A stretch of DNA of 64,000 bases from an uncultured Candidatus Rokubacteria bacterium (GTDB taxonomy: Bacteria; Methylomirabilota; Methylomirabilia; Rokubacteriales; CSP1-6). The position numbers were made by a program, and so were the translations under genes. The stretch's first letter is position 1, and each line of letters begins with the position of its first letter. Shown one piece after another: positions 29,239 through 38,502 of the stretch. The notes beneath the pieces are model-generated. The model was not told the DNA's origin. It saw only the letters and a list, made by a program, of their open reading frames with translations, and did not search any database. Where the stretch lies: positions 96,001-160,000 of the forward strand of contig CAVYTA010000006.1 of assembly GCA_963771355.1 (NCBI GenBank), written 5' to 3'.

Positions 29239-30003
29239 CTAGGGGAACTCGGCGGCCACCGTTCCGACCGGGACGAAGCGCGCCTCGATCCGGTCGCGCG
29301 CGCCCAGCGCGTACTGCTTGGTGAACGAGCCCGACATGATGCGCGTGCCGGCCTCCAGCGCGAGGCCGAACTCCGCGAGCTTGTTCGCGAGCCATGCCGC
29401 CGACGCTGCCGGCGTGCCGAGCACCTCACCGCCCATCGCGCGCTCGACGAGGGTCCCATTCACGTGGACCTCCACCGACACCGCCGCGAGGTCGGCGCCG
29501 GGCGGCACCGGCACCGCCGGTCCCGTCACGAAGAAGCGTTGCTGCGCGTTGTCGGCCAGGCTCACGTTGAGATCGGCCGCGAAGTCGCCGCGCTTCTCGA
29601 TGATCTCGAAGGCGGGCGCCATGGCGGACAGCGCGGCGGCGGCCTGCTCCGTCGTGACGCCGGGGCCCCGAATCGTCGTTCCCATCGTGAGACAGAGCTC
29701 GTTCTCGAAGCCCGGACTGATGAGCTCGGCGAACGGAATGCGGGCGCCGCTGGGCCGGTCGCCACTGGCGAGCAGGAACCCGAATACCGGCTCGTGCACG
29801 CCCTGCTGGATCTGCATGGCCTTGGCGGTGAGCCCCACCTTCCAGCCCACGTGGCGATCGCCCGCCCGCACGTGATGCGCGAGGACGCCGAGCTGGACGC
29901 GGTACGCCGTGTCGCGGTCGAGCCGCCCTATCCACTCGGGCGGCACGGGAACCCGTTGCCGCGCGCATTGCCAGAACGCGTCGATCGCTTGGTCGATGAG
30001 CAT
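29239..30003 (-). CDS. 2-keto-4-pentenoate hydratase-like protein (FAH family)
   Basis: AY.VQ, GWKVGLT, EPVFG.L, ENEL, PAFEII, ADNA, WLANKL, SGSFT. Confidence 0.9.
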   Translation of the reverse strand: MLIDQAIDAFWQCARQRVPVPPEWIGRLDRDTAYRVQLGVLAHHVRAGDRHVGWKVGLTAKAMQIQQGVHEPVFGFLLASGDRPSGARIPFAELISPGFENELCLTMGTTIRGPGVTTEQAAAALSAMAPAFEIIEKRGDFAADLNVSLADNAQQRFFVTGPAVPVPPGADLAAVSVEVHVNGTLVERAMGGEVLGTPAASAAWLANKLAEFGLALEAGTRIMSGSFTKQYALGARDRIEARFVPVGTVAAEFP

Positions 30004-30013
30004 CGAAAAGGAG

Positions 30014-30841
30014 CTAGCGCGAGATTGCGGACGCTTCCTCGGCGGGTCGGCCGGGAAGATGCGTGCGGAGGAACTCCTGGATATCGGCGGTCGGCGTCAG
30101 GAACGTCTGGCCCGCGACGGGTACGTCCACGTGGGTGGGGGAGGCCGTCCCCTCGAAGGCGACCCGCGCGGTCGGATAGCCCTCCACCAGACCGACCAGC
30201 TCCCCTCCGCGGGCGCGGAACACGCCCCCGCCGCTGGCCCCGTAGCTTACCGACGTGTCGACCATCAGCCGGCCCGTGCTGGTCAGGCGGCTGCCGCCGG
30301 AGCGCCGAAGCTGGCTGATGACGCCCCGCGAGACCGTGAGCTCGCGGCCCCAGGGGAAGGAGACCACCCAGACCGATTCGCCCAGCATCGCGGTGTTGCC
30401 CAGCCGGGCCACCGGACAGAACGCGCTGCGCGTGCCGAGCAAGGCGAGGTCCAGCTCGTCGGTGTCGCTCACGGCGAGCAGGGTGGCCGAGGCGCGCACC
30501 CCGGGACCCTCATGGCGGCGGAAGAGCACACGGATCTCCTTGCCGCGCCCCGTTCCCGCGAAGGTATGGCCGCTGGTGAGGATGAAGCAGTCGTCGCCGC
30601 CGGGACCGGGACGGGCGGCCACGACGACTCCGGAGCCGCTGCGGAACCGCCGCCCCTCTTGCTGCTCGAGCACGACCTGCACCGAGGCGGGGAGAATGTC
30701 GTCGAGGACGCGCTCGGGCGGCGGCTCACGGAACCCCGAGCCGCCACATCCGGCAGCGCTGATGAGGGTAAGCACGGCCGCCGCGGCTGCCAGCGAGGGC
30801 GCGATGCGCGATGCCTCTCTCACAAGACGATAATACGACAC
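30014..30841 (-). CDS. Trypsin-like serine protease (S1), possible lipoprotein
   Basis: GSGVVV, ILTSGH, DLALL, GASGGG triad motifs; AAGC lipobox-like. Confidence 0.82.
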   Translation of the reverse strand: MSYYRLVREASRIAPSLAAAAAVLTLISAAGCGGSGFREPPPERVLDDILPASVQVVLEQQEGRRFRSGSGVVVAARPGPGGDDCFILTSGHTFAGTGRGKEIRVLFRRHEGPGVRASATLLAVSDTDELDLALLGTRSAFCPVARLGNTAMLGESVWVVSFPWGRELTVSRGVISQLRRSGGSRLTSTGRLMVDTSVSYGASGGGVFRARGGELVGLVEGYPTARVAFEGTASPTHVDVPVAGQTFLTPTADIQEFLRTHLPGRPAEEASAISR

Positions 30842-30995
30842 ACGGTCGCACTCGCGCAGCCAAGTCAGCTTTTCCTGACTGACTGGGTAAGTTTTTTCGA
30901 CCTCACCGTGAACCCAGCGACCTCACACCATCTTTTGGTGCCGGAAGGGGCCGGTCGGGGGCCGAATCCACGCGCCGCCGCTGCCATCCGTCTCC

Positions 30996-31010
30996 TGGCA
31001 CCGTGGTTGC
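30996..31010 (+). promoter_or_regulatory. Sigma-54 promoter of the DUF1344-like gene
   Basis: TGGCAC-CGTGG-TTGC; upstream palindrome AGTCAG-N6-CTGACT at 30863-30880. Confidence 0.7.
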
Positions 31011-31087
31011 GTACAGAAGAGCCGTCGCGTCGCGACGAGCGGCGCGAGACTTCAAGTCAGCGACCACTTCGACAGAGGAGGAACGCG

Positions 31088-31363
31088 ATGAGCAAGCTGC
31101 TGAAGGCAGGGATGTTCGGAGCCCTCGCCGTCGCCCTCGTGCTCGGGAGCATGGCGGGCGCGCAGGCCGCCGATATCACCGGCAAGGTGCAGGCGGTGGA
31201 TCCCGCGGGCAAGTCCGTCACGCTCGACAACGGCACCACGCTGATGATTCCGGCCACCGCGAAGGTGGACCGGAAGGCCCTCGCGCCCGGCGCCGAGGTG
31301 AAGGCCAGCTACGAAGAGAAGGGCGGCCAGAAGGTCGCCACCTCGATCCAGGTCGCGAAGTAA
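31088..31363 (+). CDS. Small secreted OB-fold-like protein (DUF1344-like)
   Basis: GAGGAGG RBS; signal peptide ending AQA; GKVQAVD...VTLDNG..L.PG.EVK.SYEE.GGQKVA. Confidence 0.8.
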   Translation: MSKLLKAGMFGALAVALVLGSMAGAQAADITGKVQAVDPAGKSVTLDNGTTLMIPATAKVDRKALAPGAEVKASYEEKGGQKVATSIQVAK

Positions 31364-31382
31364 CTCGCTGTAAGCGGACCGG

Positions 31383-31412
31383 CGGCTCTCGGAGCTTCGG
31401 CTCCGGGAGCCG
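31383..31412. terminator. UUCG-tetraloop hairpin between convergent genes
   Basis: CGGCTCTCGGAGC-TTCG-GCTCCGGGAGCCG. Confidence 0.6.
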
Positions 31413-31510
31413 TGTCGGGCTGGAGCCCCCGCCCCCAAGCGCGCCCCGACCGCGACGGCGTGCGTCTGTGGAACGAGGCCGGAAGCCGTCCTCGCGTCGT
31501 CCCCGGAGGA

Positions 31511-33219
31511 CTATGGGGTCGAGGGGGGCGGCACGCGTCGTCTGGTAGCCTGCTCGAACCCGTACGACAGCTCGATGAGGCGGGGCTCGCTGCAGGCCAT
31601 GCCGGTGAAGGTCACGCCAAAAGGTGCGGGCTTGGCCGCGAAGCCATCAGGAAACGCCGGGGTCGGGGCATTCAGGATCAGGCCGAAGGGGACGATGATC
31701 GAGGGGTAGCCGGGACGGGAGGCGATGAGGGCGCCGGTGGCGCCGGGGAAGAGGAGCGCGTCGAGCCGCTGCTCCTTCATCACCGCGTCGATGCCTTGGG
31801 TCCCGGCGAGCGCGATGTCCTTGGCCCGGTCGGCCTTCGTAGCGCGGCGCGGTCGGCCACGAGATCGATCTCGTCCGAGATGTCGAGCCGGGATTGCCCG
31901 TACTTGATGGCGCCACGGCTGGGCCGCGCGAGATTGTAGTTCCGCAGCTCGGTGAGGCTCTTGACCGGCGCGCCGGGCCCCAGCGACTGGAGCCAGGCAT
32001 TGAAGTCCCGCTTCATCCCGTACTTGAAGGTGACCGAGCAGTTGGCGTCGGTGGCCTTGGCGCCGGGCGCGCCCGCGCAGAGCCCCCAGGCCTCGTGGTT
32101 CTGCGCCGGATCGGGGTGGATCACGCTGGGGATGTCGGCCGGATCCACGATCACGGCCCCCTCTCGGCGGAGCACTTCGATGGCATCGGTCATCACGCGG
32201 GACTGCTCGGCGGTGAGGCCTCCGCGCGGCGCTGTCTCGCCCGGCGGGGTATAGCGGTCGTAGTAGAAGGCACGCGGAATGCCGATGCGGGCGCCCTTTA
32301 GCCCGTGGCGCTTGAGAAAGGGCGTGTAGTCCCGGTTGGGGGGCAGCGGGCAGGTCCTCGTCGCCGGATCGTTCGGGTCGGGCGCAGGGCTCTCCAGCAC
32401 GCCCAGCAGGATGGCGGCGTCGGTCACCGTCCGCGCCATCGGGCCCGCGGTATCCTGGTCGGCGGTGATCGGGATGATGCCGTAGCGGCTGATCCGGCCG
32501 ACGGTGGGCTTGATGCCCACCAGCATGGTCTGGTTCGCCGGGCTCAGGATGGAGCCGGACGTCTCGGTCCCGACATTGGCAGCCCAGAAACTGGCCGCGG
32601 TGCCGATGCCCGAGCTGGAGCCGCCGGTGAGCAGCACCGGGCGCCCGTCATTGGTGCCCTCGCGGGGATCACGGCGCGGATCGTAGGGATTCAGGCCATA
32701 GCCGGCAAGGCCGCTGTAGTTGGCCGGCATGGGCGTGGGCGGACCCGCCACCCAGTTCGCCAGCTCGGTGAGCACGGTCTTGGCGATGATGATGGCCCCA
32801 CCGTCGCGCAGGTTCCGGGTGACGGTGGCCTCGTAGGGCGGCCGATAGCCCTCGAAGGCCACCGCGCCGCCGGTGGTCGGCATGTCCGTCGTGTGGATAT
32901 TGTCCTTGAGCGCGATCGGGATGCCGTGTAGCGGCCCGCGGACTTGCCCCTGGGTCCGCTCGCGGTCCCGCGCGTCCGCCTCCTCGAGCACTTTCGGATT
33001 CACGGTGATGATCGCCTTGAGCTGGTCCTCGTACAGGGCGATCCGCGTGAGGTACTCGAGGACGATCTGGCGGGAGGTGATGCGGCCGCTGGCCAGGGCC
33101 TGGCGCAGCTCGGGGATCCCTGTCTCGACCACGGGGAAGGCCGGGCGAGAGCCGAGTCCCGCACATCCCGTGGTCAGGAACACCGCGAAGGTGAGCAGGG
33201 TCGCCGCCGGTCGCCGCAT
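31511..33219 (-). CDS. Amidase-signature family protein (lipoprotein-like signal), frameshifted near 31836-31846
   Basis: GPLHGIPIALKDNI, GGSSSG, GTETSGSILSP; removing two extra bases gives ADRARYEADRAKDIALAG and joins ORF 31511..31783. Confidence 0.9.
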
Positions 33220-33269
33220 GAGGGCCTCCTGGAGTTGGACTCGGCGTAGTGTAGCCGAAGTCGGCGGCC

Positions 33270-33299
33270 TTGACGCCGGCGGAGGGCTGTGGCTACTAT
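33270..33299 (+). promoter_or_regulatory. Sigma-70-type promoter of the pqq operon
   Basis: TTGACG-N18-TACTAT upstream of pqqA. Confidence 0.5.
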
Positions 33300-33349
33300 C
33301 GGACGACCCGTCAAACTAGCCCCTGGGCCCCAAACCGGAGGTGAGCGCC

Positions 33350-33448
33350 ATGATCTGGGAAGCGCCGGACTTCATCGAAGTGAAGATGGACGCCGAGATC
33401 AACTCCTACCAGGACGATTTCGAGCGCGAGTCGGACGACCGCTTCTAG
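33350..33448 (+). CDS. pqqA: PQQ precursor peptide PqqA (32 aa; absent from the ORF track)
   Basis: GGAGGTG RBS; MIWEAPDFIEVKMDAEINSYQDDFERESDDRF with W..P.F leader and E-x3-Y core, directly upstream of pqqB. Confidence 0.9.
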   Translation: MIWEAPDFIEVKMDAEINSYQDDFERESDDRF

Positions 33449-33517
33449 CCGGCCGCTCCGGCTTTCGATCAGCCCCCACCCGGCCGACGGCTGGGTTCGG
33501 GGGCTGTCGCGTCTCTC

Positions 33518-34438
33518 ATGCATATTCAGGTGCTGGGTTCGGCGGCGGGCGGCGGTTTCCCGCAGTGGAACTGCGGCTGTCCGAACTGTCGGGGCGTCCG
33601 CGCCGGCACGATTGCCGCGACGCCGCGCACACAGGAATCGGTCGCGGTCAGCGCGGATGGCGCCGGGTGGTTCCTCCTGAACGCTTCCCCGGAGATCCGG
33701 CAGCAGATCGAGAGCTTCCCCGGCATACACCCCCGCGCGGCGCGCCACTCCCCGATCCACGCCATCCTCCTCACCAACGGCGATCTGGACCACACCCTCG
33801 GCCTCCTGTCGCTACGCGAATCCCATCCGCTGGTGGTGTATGCGACCGAGCACGTCCGCCGCGGCTTCACCGACGGCAATGTCCTCTACCGGACCCTTCA
33901 GCGCTTTCCCGAGCAGGTCACCTGGCGTCCGCTCAAGCTGGGGCGGGAAGAGGCGCTGGCGGGCGCGGACGGGCGCGAGCGCGGGCTCGTCGTGGAAGCC
34001 GTGCCGGTGCCGGGCAAGCTGCCGATTCATCTGGAGCGCCACTGCGCGCCCGATCCCGAGGACAATATCGGCCTCCGCATCCGCGAGGTGTCCACCGGGC
34101 GCCGGCTGGCTTACTTTCCCGCCGCCGGCGCCCTCACCGCGACGGTGCGCGAGGCGCTGGGCGATGCCGACTGCGTCTTCTTCGACGGCACGTTCTGGTC
34201 GCCGGATGAGCTGCCCGCGCAGGGTCTCGGCACCAAGCGCGCGGACGACATGGCCCATCTGCCCATGGGGGGCGGCGAGGGCAGCCTGGCCGCCCTCCGC
34301 GAGCTCCGGGCCTCGCGCCGCGTCTACATCCACGTGAACAACACGAACCCCGTGCTGCGGGACGATGCGCCGGAGCGGAAGGACGCCGAGGCGGCCGGCT
34401 GGGAGATCGCCTGGGACGGCATGGAGGTGCGCCTGTGA
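33518..34438 (+). CDS. pqqB: PQQ biosynthesis protein B
   Basis: VLGSAAGGGFPQWNCGCPNC, RTQES.AVS, NASP.IRQQI, FFDGTFW, HVNNTNP. Confidence 0.97.
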   Translation: MHIQVLGSAAGGGFPQWNCGCPNCRGVRAGTIAATPRTQESVAVSADGAGWFLLNASPEIRQQIESFPGIHPRAARHSPIHAILLTNGDLDHTLGLLSLRESHPLVVYATEHVRRGFTDGNVLYRTLQRFPEQVTWRPLKLGREEALAGADGRERGLVVEAVPVPGKLPIHLERHCAPDPEDNIGLRIREVSTGRRLAYFPAAGALTATVREALGDADCVFFDGTFWSPDELPAQGLGTKRADDMAHLPMGGGEGSLAALRELRASRRVYIHVNNTNPVLRDDAPERKDAEAAGWEIAWDGMEVRL

Positions 34439-35202
34439 CGCCCGCCACGCCGGTGACGCCCATGACGCCGGTCACGCCGCGGCCTCCGGTGTCGCGCGAG
34501 GAGTTCATCGCATGGGTGCGCAAGGAGGGCGAGGCGCGCTACCACGATCATCACCGCTATCACGCCCTCATGCACGAGGGGCGCCTCACCCGCGTCCAGC
34601 TCCAGCAGTGGGTGCTGAACCGCTTCTACTACCAGACGCGCATTCCCATCAAGGACGCCATCATCCTGTCCAAGTCCGAGGATCCGGCGTTCCGGCGGAT
34701 GTGGATCCGGCGCATTCGCGACCACGACGGCGACGAGGCCGGCGAGGCGGGGCTCGAGCTCTGGCTGCGCCTGGCCGATGGTGTCGGTTTGGACCGAGAG
34801 GAGGTGGCGAGCTGCCGCTCGGTCCTCCCCGGCGTCCGCTTCGCCTGCGATGCCTACGTCGAGCTCGTGCGCGAGCGGACCCTGGTGGAGGCGGTGGCCT
34901 CGTCGCTTACCGAGTTCTTCGCCCCCGACCTCATGTCCAAGCGTGTGCTGGCCTGGGAGAAGCACTATCCCTGGGTAAGCCCCGACATGCTCGCCTATTT
35001 CCGCTCGCGGGTGCCGCGGGCCCGGCGCGACTCCCAGGAGGCGATCGACTTCGTGATCCAGCACGCGACCACCTACGAGATGCAGGAGCGCTGCGTGGCC
35101 GCCCTCATTCGCAAGACGGAGATCCTCTGGCACCTCCTGGACAGCACCTACGCGGCATATGTCGAGCCGGGCTGGGGCCCGCAGGGAGCGCGCGCCACGT
35201 GA
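34435..35202 (+). CDS. pqqC: PQQ synthase PqqC
   Basis: WVLNRFYYQTRIPIKDA, RI.DHDG, LPGVRFACDAY, SSLTEFFAP. Confidence 0.97.
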   Translation: MTPATPVTPMTPVTPRPPVSREEFIAWVRKEGEARYHDHHRYHALMHEGRLTRVQLQQWVLNRFYYQTRIPIKDAIILSKSEDPAFRRMWIRRIRDHDGDEAGEAGLELWLRLADGVGLDREEVASCRSVLPGVRFACDAYVELVRERTLVEAVASSLTEFFAPDLMSKRVLAWEKHYPWVSPDMLAYFRSRVPRARRDSQEAIDFVIQHATTYEMQERCVAALIRKTEILWHLLDSTYAAYVEPGWGPQGARAT

Positions 35203-35477
35203 TCTCCGCGGAGAGCCGGCTTCGCCTGGCCGCCAAGGCCCGCCTCCGGTTCGACCGCAAGTCGTCGCGCTACATGCTGCTCTATCCCGAGCGGGGGCTG
35301 GTGCTGAATCCCACCGCCGCCGACGTGCTCCAGCGCTGCGATGGGGAGCGCACCGTCGCCTCCATCGTGATCGAGCTCGCCCAGCGGTACGGGCACGAGG
35401 CACCCGCGGTGGAGCGCGAGGTGCTGGAGTTCCTGCAGGGCATGGCCGACCGCGGCCTGGTGCAGGCGACGCCGTGA
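35199..35477 (+). CDS. pqqD: PqqD peptide chaperone (RRE)
   Basis: GTG start in GTGA overlap; RLRFDR...LLYPERGLVLNPTAADVL..CDG.RTV. Confidence 0.93.
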   Translation: MISAESRLRLAAKARLRFDRKSSRYMLLYPERGLVLNPTAADVLQRCDGERTVASIVIELAQRYGHEAPAVEREVLEFLQGMADRGLVQATP

Positions 35478-36643
35478 CCGAGGCCGAGCGCCCCTACACG
35501 CTGGTCGCCGAGCTGACCTACCGGTGCCCGCTCCGCTGCGTCTACTGCTCGAACCCGCTGGACTACGCGCGCCACGGGGACGAGCTCGACACCGCCACCT
35601 GGCGGCGCGTGCTCGGCGAAGCCGAGGAGCTGGGGGTGGTGCAGCTCAACCTCACCGGCGGCGAGCCTCTGGTCCGGGACGATCTCGAGGCCCTGGTGGA
35701 GGAGGCGCGGCGGCTCGACCTCTATACGAATCTCATCACGAGCGGCATCCCGCTCCGGCGGGAGCGGCTGGCGCGCTTCCGCGCGCTCGGGCTGGACAAT
35801 GTCCAGATCTCCATACAGGACACCGAGGCGGCGCCCTCGGATCGCATCGCGGGCCACCGCGCGTTCGAGCGCAAGCTGACCGTCGCGGGCTGGGTGAAGG
35901 AGCTCGGCTTCCCGCTCACCCTGAACACCGTGCTGCACCGGGAAAACCTCGGCCGGGTGGAGGAGGTGGTGGCCCTCGCCGAGCGGCTCGGCGCCGACCG
36001 CCTGGAGCTGGCCAACGCGCAGTATCTCGGCTGGGCTCTCCCGAATCGCGCCGCGCTCCTGCCCACGCGCGCGCAGCTCGCCCGCGCCCGCGAGGTGGCC
36101 GCCGCCGCGAGGACCCGGCTGCGGGGAAAGATGGAGGTGCTCTTCGTCACGCCCGACTACTACACGGACCTCCCCCAGGCCTGCATGGACGGCTGGGGGC
36201 GGCGCTTCATCGTGCTGAGTCCCGAGGGGCTGGCCCTGCCCTGTCACGCGGCGCACACCTTGCCGGGTCTTCACTTCGACTCCGTGCGGGATCGGTCGCT
36301 GGGCGACATCTGGCGCGACTCCGCCGGATTCCGGGCCTTTCGCGGCGAGGACTGGATGGCCGAGCCCTGCCGGAGCTGCGACCGGCGCGGGATCGACTTC
36401 GGCGGGTGCCGGTGCCAGGCGTACCACCTCACCGGCAACGCCGCCGCCACCGACCCCACCTGCCAGTTCTCGCCCGATCACGCCCTGATCGAGACCGCGC
36501 GCGAGGCGGCAGAGAACGCCGCCGCTCCGGAGCTAGTCTACAGAACCGAACGGCGGTGGGGTCTGGGGCCGGGGGAGCGCGAGGGGGGCGTTGCCCCTCT
36601 CGGGCGACCGGTCCGGCGTTTGCTCCCCCCCAGCTCCAAATGA
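35474..36643 (+). CDS. pqqE: PqqE radical SAM/SPASM enzyme
   Basis: AELTYRCPLRCVYCSNP; CMDGWG, LPCH, C..C.....DFGGCRCQA. Confidence 0.97.
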   Translation: MTEAERPYTLVAELTYRCPLRCVYCSNPLDYARHGDELDTATWRRVLGEAEELGVVQLNLTGGEPLVRDDLEALVEEARRLDLYTNLITSGIPLRRERLARFRALGLDNVQISIQDTEAAPSDRIAGHRAFERKLTVAGWVKELGFPLTLNTVLHRENLGRVEEVVALAERLGADRLELANAQYLGWALPNRAALLPTRAQLARAREVAAAARTRLRGKMEVLFVTPDYYTDLPQACMDGWGRRFIVLSPEGLALPCHAAHTLPGLHFDSVRDRSLGDIWRDSAGFRAFRGEDWMAEPCRSCDRRGIDFGGCRCQAYHLTGNAAATDPTCQFSPDHALIETAREAAENAAAPELVYRTERRWGLGPGEREGGVAPLGRPVRRLLPPSSK

Positions 36644-36657
36644 AACGGCGGCGCCGA

Positions 36658-37161
36658 ATGGACGCGAGCTTTTTCATCCTGCTCGGGCTGACGGTTGCGG
36701 TGCTCGCCTTCGCGCTGGTCAAGGATCCGGCGCTGGCCGCGCGTGGCTTCCAGTCGAGCGGCCGACTCTTCGGCGGGGTATGGATGGAGCTGGCGCTGGG
36801 CTTCGTGCTGGCGGGCTTGCTCGACGTGCTCATCCCCTCGCCGGTGCTCTCGCGCTGGCTGGGCGACGAGCATCTGGGGCAGGGCATTCTCGTTGGCTGG
36901 GCGGCGGGCCTCGTGATGCCGGGCGGGCCCTATCTCGTGTTCCCGGTGGTGGCGAATCTTCTGAAGAGCGGCGCGGCGCCGGGTCCCCTCATCGCGCTCC
37001 TCACCGCCAAGACCCTCGTGAGCCCGGTGCGCATGCTGACCTACGAAGCGCCGTTGCTGGGGTGGCCGATGACGCTGGCCCGATTGCTCCCCGGGGTGCT
37101 CCTTCCTCCGGTGCTCGGATGGGTCGGCCACTGGCTCTACACGATCTTTGCCCGGCGCTGA
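36658..37161 (+). CDS. Predicted permease subunit (DUF318-like)
   Basis: About 5 TM helices; AGL.MPGGPY..FP..A.L..GA..G.LIA.LT. Confidence 0.75.
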   Translation: MDASFFILLGLTVAVLAFALVKDPALAARGFQSSGRLFGGVWMELALGFVLAGLLDVLIPSPVLSRWLGDEHLGQGILVGWAAGLVMPGGPYLVFPVVANLLKSGAAPGPLIALLTAKTLVSPVRMLTYEAPLLGWPMTLARLLPGVLLPPVLGWVGHWLYTIFARR

Positions 37162-37183
37162 GCGTGCGCCGGCGCGCGGTGCC

Positions 37184-37213
37184 TTGACAAGGGGGAAGGC
37201 CGAACCGTATCGT
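37184..37213 (+). promoter_or_regulatory. Sigma-70-type promoter
   Basis: TTGACA-N18-TATCGT upstream of the dehydrogenase. Confidence 0.5.
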
Positions 37214-37297
37214 CCAGGTCGCAGAGACGCGGTCCCTTCCGCCCTCTCGCTGACGCACCTTCATCGCCCCAAACGGACTTCGAAGGGGAGGCTCGAT

Positions 37298-38494
37298 ATG
37301 CGTCGCACTACCTTCGCTTCGCTCCTCGTGTTCCTGGCGATCGGCGTGGCCCTCGTGGCGCTGGCGGGCGCCCAGGCGCCCCCGCCCTGGAAGCAGGGCC
37401 AGCCCTCCACCATGGCGGACTCGACGCTGGCCCCCATTCCCCAGCCGCCGGCGCCGAAAGCGCCCGGTGAGATCCCCGTCGACAAGATCAAGCTCCCGCC
37501 CGGCTTCAAGGCCACCCTCTGGGCGCACGGGATCAACAATGCGCGGGCGATGACCTGGGGCGACAAGGGCACGCTCTTCGTCAGCAGCCGCACCGCCGGC
37601 AATGTCTACGCGGTCGTGGACAAGGGCAGCTCGCGCGAGGTCAAGACCATCGCCAAGGGGCTCAATCTCCCCAACGGCGTGGCCTTCCGAAACGGCACCC
37701 TCTACATCGCCGAGATTCACCGCATCACCAAGATGGCGGGAATCGAGGACAAGCTCGACGCTCCGCCGGCGATGGAGGTCGTGTACGAGACTCTACCGAA
37801 GGACGTGCCCCATGGCTGGAAGTTCCTGGCCTTTGGGCCCGACGGCAAGCTCTACTTCAATATCGGCGCTCCGTGTAACATCTGCATCCCGCCGGACACC
37901 CACGCGAACATCTCGCGCATCAATCCCGACGGCTCCGGCTTCGAGTACTATGCCCACGGCGTCCGCAACAGCGTGGGCTTCGACTGGCATCCGGACACCA
38001 AGGATCTCTACTTCGCCACCCACGCGCGCGACTGGCTGGGCGAGGACGTGCCCAGCGACCGGTTCGACGTGGCCTCGAAGAAGGGCCTGCACTTCGGGTT
38101 TCCCTACTGCCACCAGGGCGACATCCTCGATCCCGAGTTCGGCAAGGGGCGGGCGTGCGCCGAGTTCGCGGCGCCCCTGATCAAGACGGGTCCTCACGTG
38201 GCCGGCAATGGCGTGGAGTTCTACACGGGCTCGATGTTCCCCGCCGAGTACAAGCACCGCGCCTTCCTCGCCCAGCGCGGCTCCTGGAACCGGACCCAGA
38301 AGATCGGCTTCCGCGTGATGATGGTCACCCTCCGCCCCGGGGACGTGCCCAAGTACGAGGTCTTCGCCGAGGGATGGCTCCAGGGTGGGGACGTCTGGGG
38401 CCGGCCGGTCTACACCAAGCAGATGAAGGACGGCTCCCTCCTGATCGCCGACGACTACGCGGGAGCGATCTACCGCATCACCTATCAGCGCTGA
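37298..38494 (+). CDS. PQQ-dependent sugar/sorbosone dehydrogenase (six-bladed, GSDH family)
   Basis: Signal peptide; LPPGF, HGWKFLAFGPDGKLY..IGAPCNIC, GVRNSVGFDWHP, GFPYCH, GSWNR, GRPV, DGSLLIADD. Confidence 0.9.
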   Translation: MRRTTFASLLVFLAIGVALVALAGAQAPPPWKQGQPSTMADSTLAPIPQPPAPKAPGEIPVDKIKLPPGFKATLWAHGINNARAMTWGDKGTLFVSSRTAGNVYAVVDKGSSREVKTIAKGLNLPNGVAFRNGTLYIAEIHRITKMAGIEDKLDAPPAMEVVYETLPKDVPHGWKFLAFGPDGKLYFNIGAPCNICIPPDTHANISRINPDGSGFEYYAHGVRNSVGFDWHPDTKDLYFATHARDWLGEDVPSDRFDVASKKGLHFGFPYCHQGDILDPEFGKGRACAEFAAPLIKTGPHVAGNGVEFYTGSMFPAEYKHRAFLAQRGSWNRTQKIGFRVMMVTLRPGDVPKYEVFAEGWLQGGDVWGRPVYTKQMKDGSLLIADDYAGAIYRITYQR

Positions 38495-38502
38495 GCCTCT
38501 CC

